This document shows positions 1 through 10,382 of a stretch of 64,000 nt of DNA, in pieces. The stretch's first letter is position 1. Each line of letters begins with the position of its first letter. Below the pieces are notes generated by a model. The model searched no databases and was not told the origin of the DNA. It saw only the letters and a list, made by a program, of their open reading frames with translations. Origin of the DNA: Candidatus Tayloriibacteriota bacterium. Its GTDB lineage: Bacteria; Patescibacteriota; Minisyncoccia; Phycocordibacterales; CAIRYW01. The stretch covers positions 71,262 through 135,261 of the forward strand of contig JAQBQZ010000007.1 in the NCBI GenBank assembly GCA_028286725.1, given 5' to 3'. A program made the position numbers and the translations under genes.

Positions 1-809
1 TTCCGTGGAAGGATCTCGGAATTGATGTGGTTGTTGAATCAACTGGATTTTTCACAAGCTATACCAAAGCCTTGGGCCATATTACGGCTGGAGCAAAACG
101 AGTAGTAATCTCTGCTCCTGCAAAAGATGAGGCGGGAAGTCCAAAAGTTCCAACTATTCTTATGGGTATAAATGAAAATCAGTTTGGAGATTCTCCTATT
201 ACATCAAATGCGTCTTGTACGACAAATGCTTCTAGTCCTGTGATGGCAATTATTGATGAAGCGATCGGAATCGAAAAGGCAATTCTCTCAACTGTGCACG
301 CATACACTGCAAGTCAGTCACTTGTCGATGGACCAAAGCCAAAGGATTGGAAAGAGGGTCGTGCAGCGGCACAAAATATCGTCCCAACATCAACGGGCGC
401 AGCTCTTGCTGTGGCAAAAGCATTACCTCAGCTTATTGGAAAGTTCGATGGTATCTCAATGCGTGTTCCTGTTGTTGCAGGATCAATTGCGGATATAACG
501 ATTCTCACAAAAAGAAAAACTACTGTGGAGGAAATAAATCAGATTCTCACAACTGCCGCTGCTGAAGCAAGATGGAAAGAAACATTTGCTGTGACAAAAG
601 ATGAGCTTGTTTCTTCTGATATTGTAGGGTCAGTATATGCATCTATTGCGGACCTTGGTCTTACTCGAGTAGTTGATGACAACTTGGTTAAGGTGTGCGC
701 GTGGTACGACAACGAGATCGGGTATACACACTCACTTATCCTTCATGTATTAAAAGCAGGGCAGACTCCTGTAAAGGATAACGGTCCAGAAACTCCGAGA
801 TATGTCTAA
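1..809 (+). CDS. gap: Glyceraldehyde-3-phosphate dehydrogenase, type I (5' end lies outside window)
   Basis: Reading frame from nt 3 translates to WKDLGIDVVVESTG...SNASCTTN (catalytic Cys motif) and a conserved C-terminal domain; ORF open to the left edge of the window. Confidence 0.8.
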   Translation, partial: PWKDLGIDVVVESTGFFTSYTKALGHITAGAKRVVISAPAKDEAGSPKVPTILMGINENQFGDSPITSNASCTTNASSPVMAIIDEAIGIEKAILSTVHAYTASQSLVDGPKPKDWKEGRAAAQNIVPTSTGAALAVAKALPQLIGKFDGISMRVPVVAGSIADITILTKRKTTVEEINQILTTAAAEARWKETFAVTKDELVSSDIVGSVYASIADLGLTRVVDDNLVKVCAWYDNEIGYTHSLILHVLKAGQTPVKDNGPETPRYV

Positions 810-1254
810 GATTTTTTTTGCATCTGATCATGCAGGATTTGAATTAAAAAAAGTGCTTGTTGAATATGCAAGATCACTCGGATTTGATGCAATAGATAAA
901 GGTAATACTACATTCGAAGCGCTCGATGACTATCCAGACTTCATTTCACTTGCTGCAAAAGAGGTAAGTAATGATCCATATTCAAAAGGGGTAGTAATCG
1001 GTGGCTCAGGCCAGGGTGAAGCGATCGTCGCCAATAGATTCCCGAATGTCAGAGCAGCACTCTGGTATGGAGGGAATGCAGAAATCATTAAATTGTCACG
1101 GGAGCATAATGATGCTAATGTACTGTCTCTTGGTGCTCGATTTGTGAATACGGAGGAAGCAAAAGAAGCTCTTAAGACTTGGCTCGATACTCCATTTTCT
1201 GGAGATGAACGACATCAGAGACGGATAGATAAAATAGAGAATTTAAATAAATAA
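802..1254 (+). CDS. rpiB: Ribose-5-phosphate isomerase B (RpiB/LacAB family)
   Basis: 150 aa; N-terminal FFASDHAGFELK motif and length typical of RpiB; overlaps gap stop by 8 nt (operon). Confidence 0.7.
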   Translation: MSKIFFASDHAGFELKKVLVEYARSLGFDAIDKGNTTFEALDDYPDFISLAAKEVSNDPYSKGVVIGGSGQGEAIVANRFPNVRAALWYGGNAEIIKLSREHNDANVLSLGARFVNTEEAKEALKTWLDTPFSGDERHQRRIDKIENLNK

Positions 1255-1272
1255 AGATAACAATAATATAAT

Positions 1273-1962
1273 ATGGACGAATCAATTGAGATCATTCCAG
1301 CCATAATCCCAAAATACTTTAAAGACCTCGAGACAAAACTCGAGATTGTTAAGGGTGTGTCAGATACTGTGCATGTTGATATTTGTGATGGGCTTTTTAC
1401 TCAGGAATCAACATGGCCACTTGGAAAGCCTGATATGAATTATGAAGAAATATTGAATGAAGAAAGAGGAATGCCTTTTTGGGAAGATTTTGATTTTGAA
1501 TTCCATTTGATGGTCAAAAACCCGTTTGCTCTTATTCCAGATATTATCAAGCTTGGTGCAAGTAAGATCATCATTCATGCAGAAACTATTGATCTCGATG
1601 AAGATCGGCTTCTTCTCGATCAGCTCCGAACAGAAGGGTTGGTCCAAGTTGGAATCGCATTTAAACTCCAGACTGGTGTTGAGAGAGTTCAGGAACTGCT
1701 TCCATATGCGGATTTCATAATGTTTGTTGCGATAGAACACCTTGGATTTCAGGGACAGAAGTTTGATGAAAGAGTTCTTGCAAAGATAAAATGGCTCAAA
1801 ACCGAACTTCCTTCAATGCCGATAGCTATTGATGGTGGAGTTACTCCTGAAAGTATTGGTGATGCGTATGATGCGGGCGCAACAAGATTTGTTGTTGGTT
1901 CGTATATTTTAAATAGTGTAAGTCCAGTTGATGCAATACGAGAAGTGAAAGATTCGATTTAG
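1273..1962 (+). CDS. rpe: Ribulose-phosphate 3-epimerase-like (TIM barrel) protein
   Basis: VHVDICDGLF metal-binding motif, HLMV, IAIDGGV, C-terminal GS motif; contains an insertion relative to canonical Rpe. Confidence 0.6.
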   Translation: MDESIEIIPAIIPKYFKDLETKLEIVKGVSDTVHVDICDGLFTQESTWPLGKPDMNYEEILNEERGMPFWEDFDFEFHLMVKNPFALIPDIIKLGASKIIIHAETIDLDEDRLLLDQLRTEGLVQVGIAFKLQTGVERVQELLPYADFIMFVAIEHLGFQGQKFDERVLAKIKWLKTELPSMPIAIDGGVTPESIGDAYDAGATRFVVGSYILNSVSPVDAIREVKDSI

Positions 1963-2003
1963 GGTTTGAAGTTTTAAGGTTTCAAGTTAAAATAAAATGA
2001 CCC

Positions 2004-2870
2004 ATGGAACATCTTACCGAAGAAAAATTAGAGTTCCTTAAAGCAAAAGCGAATAACATTCGCGAGTCTATTATCGAAATGCTTCTAGCTGCAGGTTCTG
2101 GACATACTGCAGGGCCTCTTGGAATGTCGGATATTTTCTCAACTCTCTTTTTTCATATTCTAAAACACGATCCAAAGAATCCAGAGTGGAAAGATCGTGA
2201 TCGACTCGTACTCTCAAACGGACATATTTGTCCTGTATATTATGCGGCACTCGCGCACTCGGGATATTTCCCTTTAGAAGAACTAAAGACTCTTCGAAAG
2301 TTCGGTTCAAGGCTTCAGGGTCATCCACATCGAGAGTTTCTTCCGATACTTGAGAATAGTTCAGGACCGCTTGGCAGTGGACTTTCGCAGGCTGTAGGAA
2401 TGGCTATCGCAGAGCGCATGGATGATAAAGCGTCAGCAAAGAAATTCTTTTGTCTTACGGGAGATGGGGAGCTTGATGAAGGGCAGAACTGGGAGGCATT
2501 AATGCTTGCGGGTAAAGAAAAGCTACACAATCTCATCATGATAGTGGACAGGAATAATATTCAGATCGATGGATTCACAGATGACATCATGCCATTGTCA
2601 CCACTCGACAAGCGACTTGAATCTTTTGGATTTGAAGTACAAACAATTGATGGAAATGATATGAAAGCAATTGTCGAAGCTGTAGAAAAAGCATACCAAG
2701 TGACTGACAAGCCGTCAGTGATCATTGCAAAAACTGTTCCAGGAAAAGGTGTCAAAGAATTTGAAGGTAAATACGAATTCCATGGATATATGCATAATAA
2801 AGAAGAGGGAGTAATGGCACTCAAGGAACTTCGAACGCTTGGAGGAAAAATCAAAGCAGAACACCAATAA
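2004..2870 (+). CDS. tkt: Transketolase, N-terminal (TPP-binding) subunit
   Basis: HTAGPLGMSD, SNGH, GDGELDEGQNWEA thiamine-diphosphate binding motifs; 288 aa = N-terminal half of split transketolase. Confidence 0.8.
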   Translation: MEHLTEEKLEFLKAKANNIRESIIEMLLAAGSGHTAGPLGMSDIFSTLFFHILKHDPKNPEWKDRDRLVLSNGHICPVYYAALAHSGYFPLEELKTLRKFGSRLQGHPHREFLPILENSSGPLGSGLSQAVGMAIAERMDDKASAKKFFCLTGDGELDEGQNWEALMLAGKEKLHNLIMIVDRNNIQIDGFTDDIMPLSPLDKRLESFGFEVQTIDGNDMKAIVEAVEKAYQVTDKPSVIIAKTVPGKGVKEFEGKYEFHGYMHNKEEGVMALKELRTLGGKIKAEHQ

Positions 2871-2929
2871 TCTTTTTTTTATAAGGAAAATGTTGTGATA
2901 TAATTATTTGTATCACAACATATATTCCC

Positions 2930-5900
2930 TTGAAAAAACTATTTCGAATAAAAAAACAAATAAAAAGTAAAGCACAAAAACTTTCTTCATTAATTATGAT
3001 TGTGAGCTTTTTGCTATTGAATATTGCGATTCCGACAAAGGTGTTTGCAAATGATATTACCGATTGCAATCATGTAATTGAGTTTTCTGGAACATATGAT
3101 TTACAAAATGATATTCCATGTGATGGTAATTATCTCTTAATTCAGGCAAATGATGTAATAATTAATGGTCACGGACATACTATCAATGGCGGAATAAATG
3201 CAGAAGGAGCGACTAATGGGTATTCAGTTACACTTCAGAATGTTCATGTTACTGGAAATATTAATGCAGATGGCCAGACAGGTAGCGCGGGGGCTAATCC
3301 AGGTGATTCTGGTCAGGACGGGGGGTCAAGTGGAAATATTTCATTAACAAATGTGACTGTGGACGGTAATGTGTCTGCAGCCGGTGGTACCGGAGGTAAT
3401 GGTGTAAATGGAGATAATGGCGCTAATGGTCTGGACGCAAATGGTGCTGATGGTGTACAGATAGGTACAAATCCTGGAGATGCTGGAGCTTCTGGTGCGG
3501 CAGGTGGTGTTGGGGGTAGTGGATCAAATGGTCAGCCGGGAGGTACTGGCGGTAATGGAGGTAATGGAGGAAACATTTTTTTAAACTATTCAATAGTAGG
3601 TGGAGCAGTTATAACTCATGGTGGGGCAGGCGGATCAGGAACGCAAGGTGGTAATGGAGGTAATGGAGGTAATGCAAATGGAGGTAATGCTACTGCTGGC
3701 CAGCCCGGTAATCCAGGAGATTCTTCTCTAACTTGTGGAGTATCTGGCAGTGACGGTGGTTCAGGAGGTGCCGGAGGAACTGGTGGAAGTGGTGGTACTG
3801 GAGGTGCAGGCGGTAATGGTGGTGCAGGAGGGAACGGTGGAGATGGGGGCAATGCAGGAAGTATTGTTGTTAACAATTCTCTTATAAAATCAAGCGTCTC
3901 AATAGTTGGTGGAGTTGCAGGAAACGGCACTTCATCTTTTGGTCATGGAGGAAATAGTGGTACGGCAAATGGTGCTTCAGGGACTTCTGGAGGTAGTGGT
4001 GGAACTGGTGGGGCTGGAGGAGAGCCGTGCTGTGTTGATGATGGAGAGGGGGGATATATGTGCGGACTTGCAGGTGCAAATGGTAATAATGGCACCAATG
4101 GATCTGACGGTTGGCCTGGGTTTGCAGGTACTCCAGGTGTTCCAGGTACTGATGCATCAGCATCGAGTGCCGGTATTTCCGGTAGTGATGGTTCAATTAG
4201 TTATCCATGGACAGCTCATACAAATACTGGTACCCAACCTTGGTTTTCTATCACTTCTTCCTCAGACGGAACAAAACTTGCTGCAGTTGTCTCTGGTGGA
4301 GATATTTGGACATCTGATGATAGTGGAGCATCGTGGACCAATCGTACACAAGGTACAAAATATTGGACTTCTATTACCTCATCTTTCGACGGAACAAAAC
4401 TTGCTGCAGTTGTCTCTGGTGGAGATATTTGGACATCTGATGATAGTGGAGCATCGTGGACCAATCGTACACAAGGTAGTGACGCTTCTGGTTTAAGTTG
4501 GAATGCGGTTAGTTCTTCAAAAGATGGGGCAAAACTTGTTGCAACAATTTCTGGTGGAGGTATTTGGTATTCGTTAGATTCTGGTGTGACATGGACTGAT
4601 TCGGGGCAGGTACACTCCTTTTGGAATAAGATTATTTCTTCAGCTGATGGATCAAAAGTTGTTGCTTTAAAGAATAATGGAGGTATTGCTATATCTAATA
4701 CCTACGGTACAACCTGGGGGACCATTGGAATTGGAGATTACAATTGGTCGGGTGGCGTTATTTCAGCAGATGGAAAAAGAATTTATGTGGAATCTAGTAA
4801 TATTCAAATATATTCAACTGATTCTGGTTCAAACTTTCAGACTTTGACAGCACCTTTTGTTTTTGCTGGTCCAATAGCAGCATCTTCAGATGGGATGAAA
4901 ATTGCGGCTGCCTCAACGATGGGTAATATCTGGCTTTCAGCTGACGGTGGACAAAACTGGATCGATACTGGATATGTTGGAGACTCGGGAAATGGGGCTT
5001 CAATAGCATCATCTGATGATGGTGCAAAAGTAGTGTTTGCTGTCGCGAATGGTCTTATTTATACTCGTTCAAATATTTATACAGATACTTTGCCGCCATA
5101 TCTTGTGAGTGGAACAATTGATGGAACCAATGCAATTCTTACATTCAATGAAGATCTTGAAAATGACCAATCTCTTATTGATTCTGAGTATACTTTTGCA
5201 ATAAACGGAACACCTGTCAGTACTACCGTTAATGGTATCTCTGGTAATTCCGTATCGTTTACTCTCTCCACTAATACTACTTACGGAGACGATGTTACTT
5301 TTTCTTATACACATAACCCTTCTAATTTTGGTATATATGACTTATTAGGGAATAATACTGCTTCTTTTGGTCCTGTTTCAATCACAAACAATAATGTATT
5401 CTCTGACACAACTTCACCAGACACGATTACTCTTGATACTCCTACAGATGGTTCAACAATCCATGGTAGTGGCGTGACTTTTGCTGCAACTGCGCACGAC
5501 AATGTTGCCATCGGTGGAGTAAAGTTCTACATGGATGACGTATTGATTGGGTCCGAAGACACTTCATCTCCGTATCAACTCTCTTTTGACTCAACATCAA
5601 AGTCAGATGGATCACATAGCTTTGTTGCTGTAGCAAGAGATACCTCAAACAATTTTGCAACATCAACACCTGTCACTATAACCATAGACAATACAGCACC
5701 TGCCACCCCATCAACGGCGCTCGATATGACAAGTGCAAGTGACGATGGTGTTTCTTCGACAGACAATGTTACATCGATTGTTACACCGTCATTTACAGGG
5801 ACTTGTACTGATGTCCAGGCGAATTTATATATTGATGGTGCTTTTAATAATTATATTGCATGTAATTCGGGACATTTTGAAGTTACAAGTAATACGCTTG

Positions 5901-6763
5901 CGGATGGTGTTCATTCTGTTCGATATACCGAAGTTGATGCACAGGGTAACGAGAGTGGATTGTCACCTGCATTATCTGTCACTATTCAAACTACTGTTCC
6001 AGATACAACAGCTCCAACGATCACAACAGTGACATCTTCAAAATCAAATGGAACATATGGAATAGGTGAGATAGTTGATATTGTTGTTGCATTCTCAGAG
6101 GCAGTCACATCGACAGGGAATGTTACTGTTACTTTGGATACTGGACGAACATGTACATTCGCAGTTTCAAATGATAATCAGGGTTCTTGTGACTATACAG
6201 TTCAAAGCGGAGACACCTCATTTGATCTCACAGTCACATCAATCACTGGATCAATTAGAGACCAGGCAAGTAATTCGATGACAAACTTTACACCAGCTGC
6301 AAATCTCGGAATAAATAAAAACATTGTTATCAACACAACAGTGGTCACACCACCTCCTACTTCTGGTGGAGGTGGCGGAGGGGCTACAGTATCATCTGGT
6401 GGTGTCATTTCTTTTCCCGTGAGCCAACTAAACACTTTACCTATTGTTACAACACCAGCATCGCCAGTAGTTCCAACACTCACACTCAATCCGCAGCATT
6501 TGAGCAGTAAAACATTTTATCGAAGTCTTACATATCTTAACCGAGGACAGGATGTGAAAGAACTTCAAAACTTCTTGAATACTCACGGATTCCTAGTTGC
6601 AAACTTTGGTGTTGGTTCGCTTGGGCATGAGACAATTCTCTTTGGTAGTGCAACTAGACATGCTCTCTCTCAATATCAAAAATCAAAAAATATTAAGCCA
6701 TCTGTTGGATTTTTTGGTCCAGTCACTAAAAAAGCGATTCTTGCCGACGTTGGTGTGCATTAA
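2930..6763 (+). CDS. Giant secreted/cell-surface protein: signal/TM anchor, Gly-rich GGxGGxG repeat region, BNR/Asp-box repeats, Ig-like domains, C-terminal peptidoglycan-binding-like domain
   Basis: N-terminal basic-hydrophobic leader; about 300 aa of GGTGGNGxNG-type repeats (3250-4150); repeated SxDxGxTW Asp-box motifs ([40 protein letters not shown]); Big-like segments ([20 protein letters not shown]...); C-terminal [16 protein letters not shown]...[13 protein letters not shown] resembles PG_binding_1. Confidence 0.7.
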   Translation: MKKLFRIKKQIKSKAQKLSSLIMIVSFLLLNIAIPTKVFANDITDCNHVIEFSGTYDLQNDIPCDGNYLLIQANDVIINGHGHTINGGINAEGATNGYSVTLQNVHVTGNINADGQTGSAGANPGDSGQDGGSSGNISLTNVTVDGNVSAAGGTGGNGVNGDNGANGLDANGADGVQIGTNPGDAGASGAAGGVGGSGSNGQPGGTGGNGGNGGNIFLNYSIVGGAVITHGGAGGSGTQGGNGGNGGNANGGNATAGQPGNPGDSSLTCGVSGSDGGSGGAGGTGGSGGTGGAGGNGGAGGNGGDGGNAGSIVVNNSLIKSSVSIVGGVAGNGTSSFGHGGNSGTANGASGTSGGSGGTGGAGGEPCCVDDGEGGYMCGLAGANGNNGTNGSDGWPGFAGTPGVPGTDASASSAGISGSDGSISYPWTAHTNTGTQPWFSITSSSDGTKLAAVVSGGDIWTSDDSGASWTNRTQGTKYWTSITSSFDGTKLAAVVSGGDIWTSDDSGASWTNRTQGSDASGLSWNAVSSSKDGAKLVATISGGGIWYSLDSGVTWTDSGQVHSFWNKIISSADGSKVVALKNNGGIAISNTYGTTWGTIGIGDYNWSGGVISADGKRIYVESSNIQIYSTDSGSNFQTLTAPFVFAGPIAASSDGMKIAAASTMGNIWLSADGGQNWIDTGYVGDSGNGASIASSDDGAKVVFAVANGLIYTRSNIYTDTLPPYLVSGTIDGTNAILTFNEDLENDQSLIDSEYTFAINGTPVSTTVNGISGNSVSFTLSTNTTYGDDVTFSYTHNPSNFGIYDLLGNNTASFGPVSITNNNVFSDTTSPDTITLDTPTDGSTIHGSGVTFAATAHDNVAIGGVKFYMDDVLIGSEDTSSPYQLSFDSTSKSDGSHSFVAVARDTSNNFATSTPVTITIDNTAPATPSTALDMTSASDDGVSSTDNVTSIVTPSFTGTCTDVQANLYIDGAFNNYIACNSGHFEVTSNTLADGVHSVRYTEVDAQGNESGLSPALSVTIQTTVPDTTAPTITTVTSSKSNGTYGIGEIVDIVVAFSEAVTSTGNVTVTLDTGRTCTFAVSNDNQGSCDYTVQSGDTSFDLTVTSITGSIRDQASNSMTNFTPAANLGINKNIVINTTVVTPPPTSGGGGGGATVSSGGVISFPVSQLNTLPIVTTPASPVVPTLTLNPQHLSSKTFYRSLTYLNRGQDVKELQNFLNTHGFLVANFGVGSLGHETILFGSATRHALSQYQKSKNIKPSVGFFGPVTKKAILADVGVH
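4265..4478 (+). repeat. Perfect tandem duplication (two identical 91-nt copies 123 nt apart) inside the giant surface-protein gene, duplicating a 41-aa Asp-box unit
   Basis: 4265-4355 and 4388-4478 are identical (gacggaacaaaacttgctgcagttgtctctggtggagatatttggacatctgatgatagtggagcatcgtggaccaatcgtacacaaggta). Confidence 0.9.
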
Positions 6764-6787
6764 TTTTATTCAAATAAAAACTTTTAT

Positions 6788-7252
6788 ATGCCTCATATTC
6801 ATGAAAAAATAGATTTCACAGTAGAAACATTTATTGTCTACAAAAACAAAGTGCTTTTGCGAAAACATGACAAGCTTGGTATTTGGCTTTCTGTTGGTGG
6901 ACATATCGAACTTCATGAGGACCCAAATGAAGCTGCGATACGAGAGGTGAGAGAAGAGGTGGGGCTTGAAATAGAGCTTGTTGGAAATAAAGGAGAATAT
7001 CCAACAGACGACCCAATGTACACTGAGCTCATTGGCCCAAGATATCTAGGGAGAAATAGAATAAGTGGCACTCATGAGCATATTCCGCTTGTTTATTTTG
7101 CACGAACGAAAAGTGATATAATTAATGCGCAATATGAAGGTGATCGAAGTGATGATTGTGTTTGGGCAACACTTGAGGATTTAGAAAAAATGGATCTGGT
7201 GCCAAATGTAAGATTCTATGCAAAAGAAGCATTAAAAGAGTTATCGGAATAG
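6788..7252 (+). CDS. NUDIX hydrolase
   Basis: Nudix box GGHIELHEDPNEAAIREVREEVGLE. Confidence 0.75.
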   Translation: MPHIHEKIDFTVETFIVYKNKVLLRKHDKLGIWLSVGGHIELHEDPNEAAIREVREEVGLEIELVGNKGEYPTDDPMYTELIGPRYLGRNRISGTHEHIPLVYFARTKSDIINAQYEGDRSDDCVWATLEDLEKMDLVPNVRFYAKEALKELSE

Positions 7253-7283
7253 TATATCAGTAATTAATTATAGGATTAAATTT

Positions 7284-8249
7284 ATGGATCATTTATTGCG
7301 AGACCAAATACCAGAACCAGAAATTACTTTAACATCAAAAGGGCTGGACGCTACACAGACTCATATTATCGAGTCGCCGGAATTTCCTGGTATAAGAGTA
7401 ATCCATAGCAACAAAGAGCACGGTCAAGATGCTTTTGTTATAGGTGAAGGTTCAATTTGTATTTGTGATGGTATGACCAAACATGGAAAATCAGGACTTG
7501 TTTCTGAGTTCGTGGCAGCAAAGGTGGTGGAGAAAGTTTCCGAAGCTGAAAGTATCTATGATGCAATGTCGCAACATGATTTTGAAGAAGATTTGAAAGA
7601 TCTTTCAAAAACCTTGGAATATGAAGAATTTGATAGCAGTGGAAATAGATATGTAAAAAAAGGTGAAGAAAACTCAGGGTATACTACTTTTTTAACTTTG
7701 AAAACAGACAAAGAAAAAAAATTGATTACATGGACCAGTGTGGGCGATAGTCCACTTATTATTCTTGATAAAACTGATACGGGATGGAGTTTTGAAATGT
7801 ATAATACAAAGTCTGCTGGACTTACAAATGAAACATTCGCCTCTGATGATTTTCATAAGCAAATGCAAAATGGTGGAAGTCATGGGATTGGTATTTTAGA
7901 AAATGGTAGTCCAGAGGCTAGCGCAGTTAATTATGTAGAATATGGAACAGTTACATATAAAAAGGGAAGAATTATTATGGCTGCAACAGATTGGCTCACA
8001 AAAATGATGGCTGACAGTCCAGAGACGATAGATGCAAGAATATTAGATGCCGAAGGAGATGAAAAGAAAAAACTTGAAAAATCACGGGATACTATTCTCT
8101 CTGCAAAAAATCCATTATTTGGTCCAAAATTTCAACCAGAGCTTTTCTTCAATGGGCAATTAAGTGATGATGAGATTGTAAAGAACCTTATATCAGATGA
8201 TGATGTGACAATGGTCTGTATTGATATGGACAAAATGTTTAAAGAATAA
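7284..8249 (+). CDS. Divergent PP2C-like Ser/Thr protein phosphatase domain protein
   Basis: ICDGMTKHGKSG (DGMGGH-like), WTSVGDSPLIIL (VGDSR-like) and C-terminal DDDVTMVCID (DNxT-like) motifs in the PP2C order. Confidence 0.45.
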   Translation: MDHLLRDQIPEPEITLTSKGLDATQTHIIESPEFPGIRVIHSNKEHGQDAFVIGEGSICICDGMTKHGKSGLVSEFVAAKVVEKVSEAESIYDAMSQHDFEEDLKDLSKTLEYEEFDSSGNRYVKKGEENSGYTTFLTLKTDKEKKLITWTSVGDSPLIILDKTDTGWSFEMYNTKSAGLTNETFASDDFHKQMQNGGSHGIGILENGSPEASAVNYVEYGTVTYKKGRIIMAATDWLTKMMADSPETIDARILDAEGDEKKKLEKSRDTILSAKNPLFGPKFQPELFFNGQLSDDEIVKNLISDDDVTMVCIDMDKMFKE

Positions 8250-8259
8250 TTATTTCAAA

Positions 8260-8646
8260 ATGAAAAAACTTCAAGAAACTATTCACAAATATATGAAAGC
8301 TCGGAATTGGGATGATCTTCCACCGGCAGATATTGCAAAGTCTGTGTCCATTGAAGCGGCGGAACTTCTCGAACATTTCCAGTGGCAGAATTGGTCCAAG
8401 GAAGACATTAAAAAGAATAAGGAAAAATATGAGGAGATCAAAGCTGAGATAGGGGATATTGTGATTTATTGTGCTGAGATGGCGAACATTCTTTCGTTTG
8501 ATCTAGAAATTGCAGCGAACAATAAACTCAAAAAAGCTGCAAAGAAATATCCAGCGCATCTATTCAAGAACAACAAGGATCCGCATGGTACGGGTGTATA
8601 TGAAAAGATTAAGAAGGAATATAGAAAAAATAAATTTAAATCTTAA
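8260..8646 (+). CDS. MazG-like nucleotide pyrophosphohydrolase (small single-domain form)
   Basis: AAELLEHFQW...EIGDIVIYCAEMAN pattern of the MazG/NTP-PPase all-alpha fold; start chosen at ATG 8260 (the ORF-track start 8221 overlaps the upstream gene). Confidence 0.55.
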   Translation: MKKLQETIHKYMKARNWDDLPPADIAKSVSIEAAELLEHFQWQNWSKEDIKKNKEKYEEIKAEIGDIVIYCAEMANILSFDLEIAANNKLKKAAKKYPAHLFKNNKDPHGTGVYEKIKKEYRKNKFKS

Positions 8647-9134
8647 TGTCATCTGGCACAGAAAAGACAATGAATGCGATCGTGTCTGACATAATGCCTC
8701 CAGTTGAATTAGTAACTGCAGTATTCGGATTTGCTATTAAAGATGGAAAGTTATTGTTGGGAAAATTTAATAAAGCGACCAGAAAAGATTGCGCATATGA
8801 CATGGTGGGCGGACATGTTGAAAAGGATGAATCAATTGAAAATGCACTCAGTCGTGAATTTATAGAAGAGGTGAGTGTAAAAATTAAACCAATTAGATTA
8901 TTGGGACATATAAAATTTGTGGAAGATGCTCCTAAGCCAGAAGACTATAAATACCCATATCCTGAAAGTTATATGCTCATTTATAAATGTGATATTATTG
9001 AAGAGTTAGATTTCAAAGAAAATAATGAAAGTGTTGAGAGAGTTTATTTTGGACGAGAAGAATTAAAAAGATCCAAGTGGTGCTCCGAACATATTGATTT
9101 TATTGAACAAACTATTGGAAAAGAATTATGTTAA
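8646..9134 (+). CDS. NUDIX hydrolase
   Basis: Nudix box GGHVEKDESIENALSREFIEEVSV. Confidence 0.65.
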   Translation: MSSGTEKTMNAIVSDIMPPVELVTAVFGFAIKDGKLLLGKFNKATRKDCAYDMVGGHVEKDESIENALSREFIEEVSVKIKPIRLLGHIKFVEDAPKPEDYKYPYPESYMLIYKCDIIEELDFKENNESVERVYFGREELKRSKWCSEHIDFIEQTIGKELC

Positions 9135-10123
9135 ATCAAAACCAAAAACTAAATAGTAAAATTTTCGACAAGGATGTAGAACAAGTGCCAATCCGCAATG
9201 GTTTTGGCGAAGGATTAGTGGAGGCTGCAGAAAAAGACGAACGGATCGTAGCTCTTTGCGCTGATCTTACAGAATCTACCAAAATGCTTGATTTCAAAAA
9301 CAAATTTCCAAATCGATTTGTAGAGATCGGTGTAGCTGAGCAGAATCTCGCATCAGTCGCATCTGGGATGGCTGCAATGGGCAAAATACCTGCAATCTCT
9401 TCATATGCAATGTTTAGTCCCGGACGAAACTGGGAACAGATCCGGACTACTATTTGCTACAACAATCGCAAGGTGATTATCGCAGGTTCTCACGCAGGAG
9501 TATCAGTAGGTCCTGATGGTGGAACGCATCAAGCGGTTGAAGATATTGCGATCACTCGAGTGATTCCAAACATGACTGTCATTTCTCCATGTGATGCGAT
9601 TGAAGCTAAGAAAGCAACTATGGCAATACTGAAGGACGATGTCAAAACTCCTGTATATTTGAGACTCGCGCGAGAAAAGACACCGATCATTACAACTTCT
9701 GATACACCTTTTATTGTTGGCAAAGCACAGATATTTTTTGAAAGCATGAAACCTCAGGTTGCAATCATTGCAACGGGGGCGCTTGTACACAAAGCTCTTG
9801 TCGTCTCAGCGGAACTAGAAAAGAAAAATATAGGTAGTATTGTAGTGAACCTCTCAACTATCAAACCTCTTGATGTGCAAACTATTGTAGAAGTGGCTCA
9901 GAGAGCGGGAGCAGTAGTGACTGTTGAAGAGCATCAGATCGCAGGCGGAATGGGCTCGGCTATCGCAGAATGCCTTGCTCAAAATTATGTTGTACCAATG
10001 GAATTTGTCGGAGTAAAAAACCTCTTTGGACAATCAGGTACGCCCGAGCAACTTTTGGAACATTACGAGATGACCGAAAAGTTTATTGAAAAAGCTGTGA
10101 TGAAAGTGGTTAGTAGAAAATAA
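9128..10123 (+). CDS. tkt: Transketolase, C-terminal (pyrimidine-binding + C-terminal domain) subunit
   Basis: FGEGLVEAA...VEIGVAEQNLASVASGMA...GPDGGTHQAVEDIAITRVIPNMTVISP motifs; 331 aa. Confidence 0.8.
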   Translation: MLNQNQKLNSKIFDKDVEQVPIRNGFGEGLVEAAEKDERIVALCADLTESTKMLDFKNKFPNRFVEIGVAEQNLASVASGMAAMGKIPAISSYAMFSPGRNWEQIRTTICYNNRKVIIAGSHAGVSVGPDGGTHQAVEDIAITRVIPNMTVISPCDAIEAKKATMAILKDDVKTPVYLRLAREKTPIITTSDTPFIVGKAQIFFESMKPQVAIIATGALVHKALVVSAELEKKNIGSIVVNLSTIKPLDVQTIVEVAQRAGAVVTVEEHQIAGGMGSAIAECLAQNYVVPMEFVGVKNLFGQSGTPEQLLEHYEMTEKFIEKAVMKVVSRK

Positions 10124-10132
10124 AAAAGTTGA

Positions 10133-10222
10133 GCGGGCAAGCCAGAAGAATTGATCAAGCATTATGAAATGGATGAAAGGGCGATAATGGCCGCTGTAGA
10201 AAAAGTAATTAGAAGAAAGTAA
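10133..10222 (+). pseudogene. Duplicated, divergent 3'-terminal fragment of a transketolase C-subunit gene (about 29 codons, no start)
   Basis: AGKPEELIKHYEMDERAIMAAVEKVIRRK* aligns with the end of the upstream tkt C-subunit (SGTPEQLLEHYEMTEKFIEKAVMKVVSRK*), 10 nt after its stop. Confidence 0.6.
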
Positions 10223-10234
10223 TTTAAATATAAT

Positions 10235-10381
10235 ATGTCTATCTCTCCTAAATGTGATTATTGTAAAAAGATTCTAACTGACTTCGGTGGAATATTACTC
10301 AGTCCTCCAAACAAAAAGTCAGAAGTAAAAAAGTATCATATTTGCAAGGATTGTTACAAAAAAATATCACCAAAGAAATAA
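10235..10381 (+). CDS. Small zinc-ribbon protein (CxxC...CxxC), 48 aa
   Basis: MSISPKCDYCKKILTDFGGILLSPPNKKSEVKKYHICKDCYKKISPKK; shorter than the 60-aa cut-off used by the ORF track. Confidence 0.35.
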   Translation: MSISPKCDYCKKILTDFGGILLSPPNKKSEVKKYHICKDCYKKISPKK

Positions 10382-10382
10382 T

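Noticed and set aside
253-565. Overlapping alternative-frame ORFs inside gap (253-498, 347-565) and similar nested ORFs inside rpe, tkt, atp and nrd genes
   Set aside because: They are entirely contained within well-supported conserved genes in other frames and have low-complexity translations.
3616-4496. Minus-strand and alternative-frame ORFs (Pro-rich 3616-3930, His/Leu-rich 3882-4196, 3906-4496, 4216-4464) inside the giant surface-protein gene
   Set aside because: They are mirror or alternate-frame readings of the Gly-rich (GGN/GGT) and duplicated repeats of the real plus-strand gene. Their low-complexity composition is not protein-like, and the plus-strand ORF is continuous.
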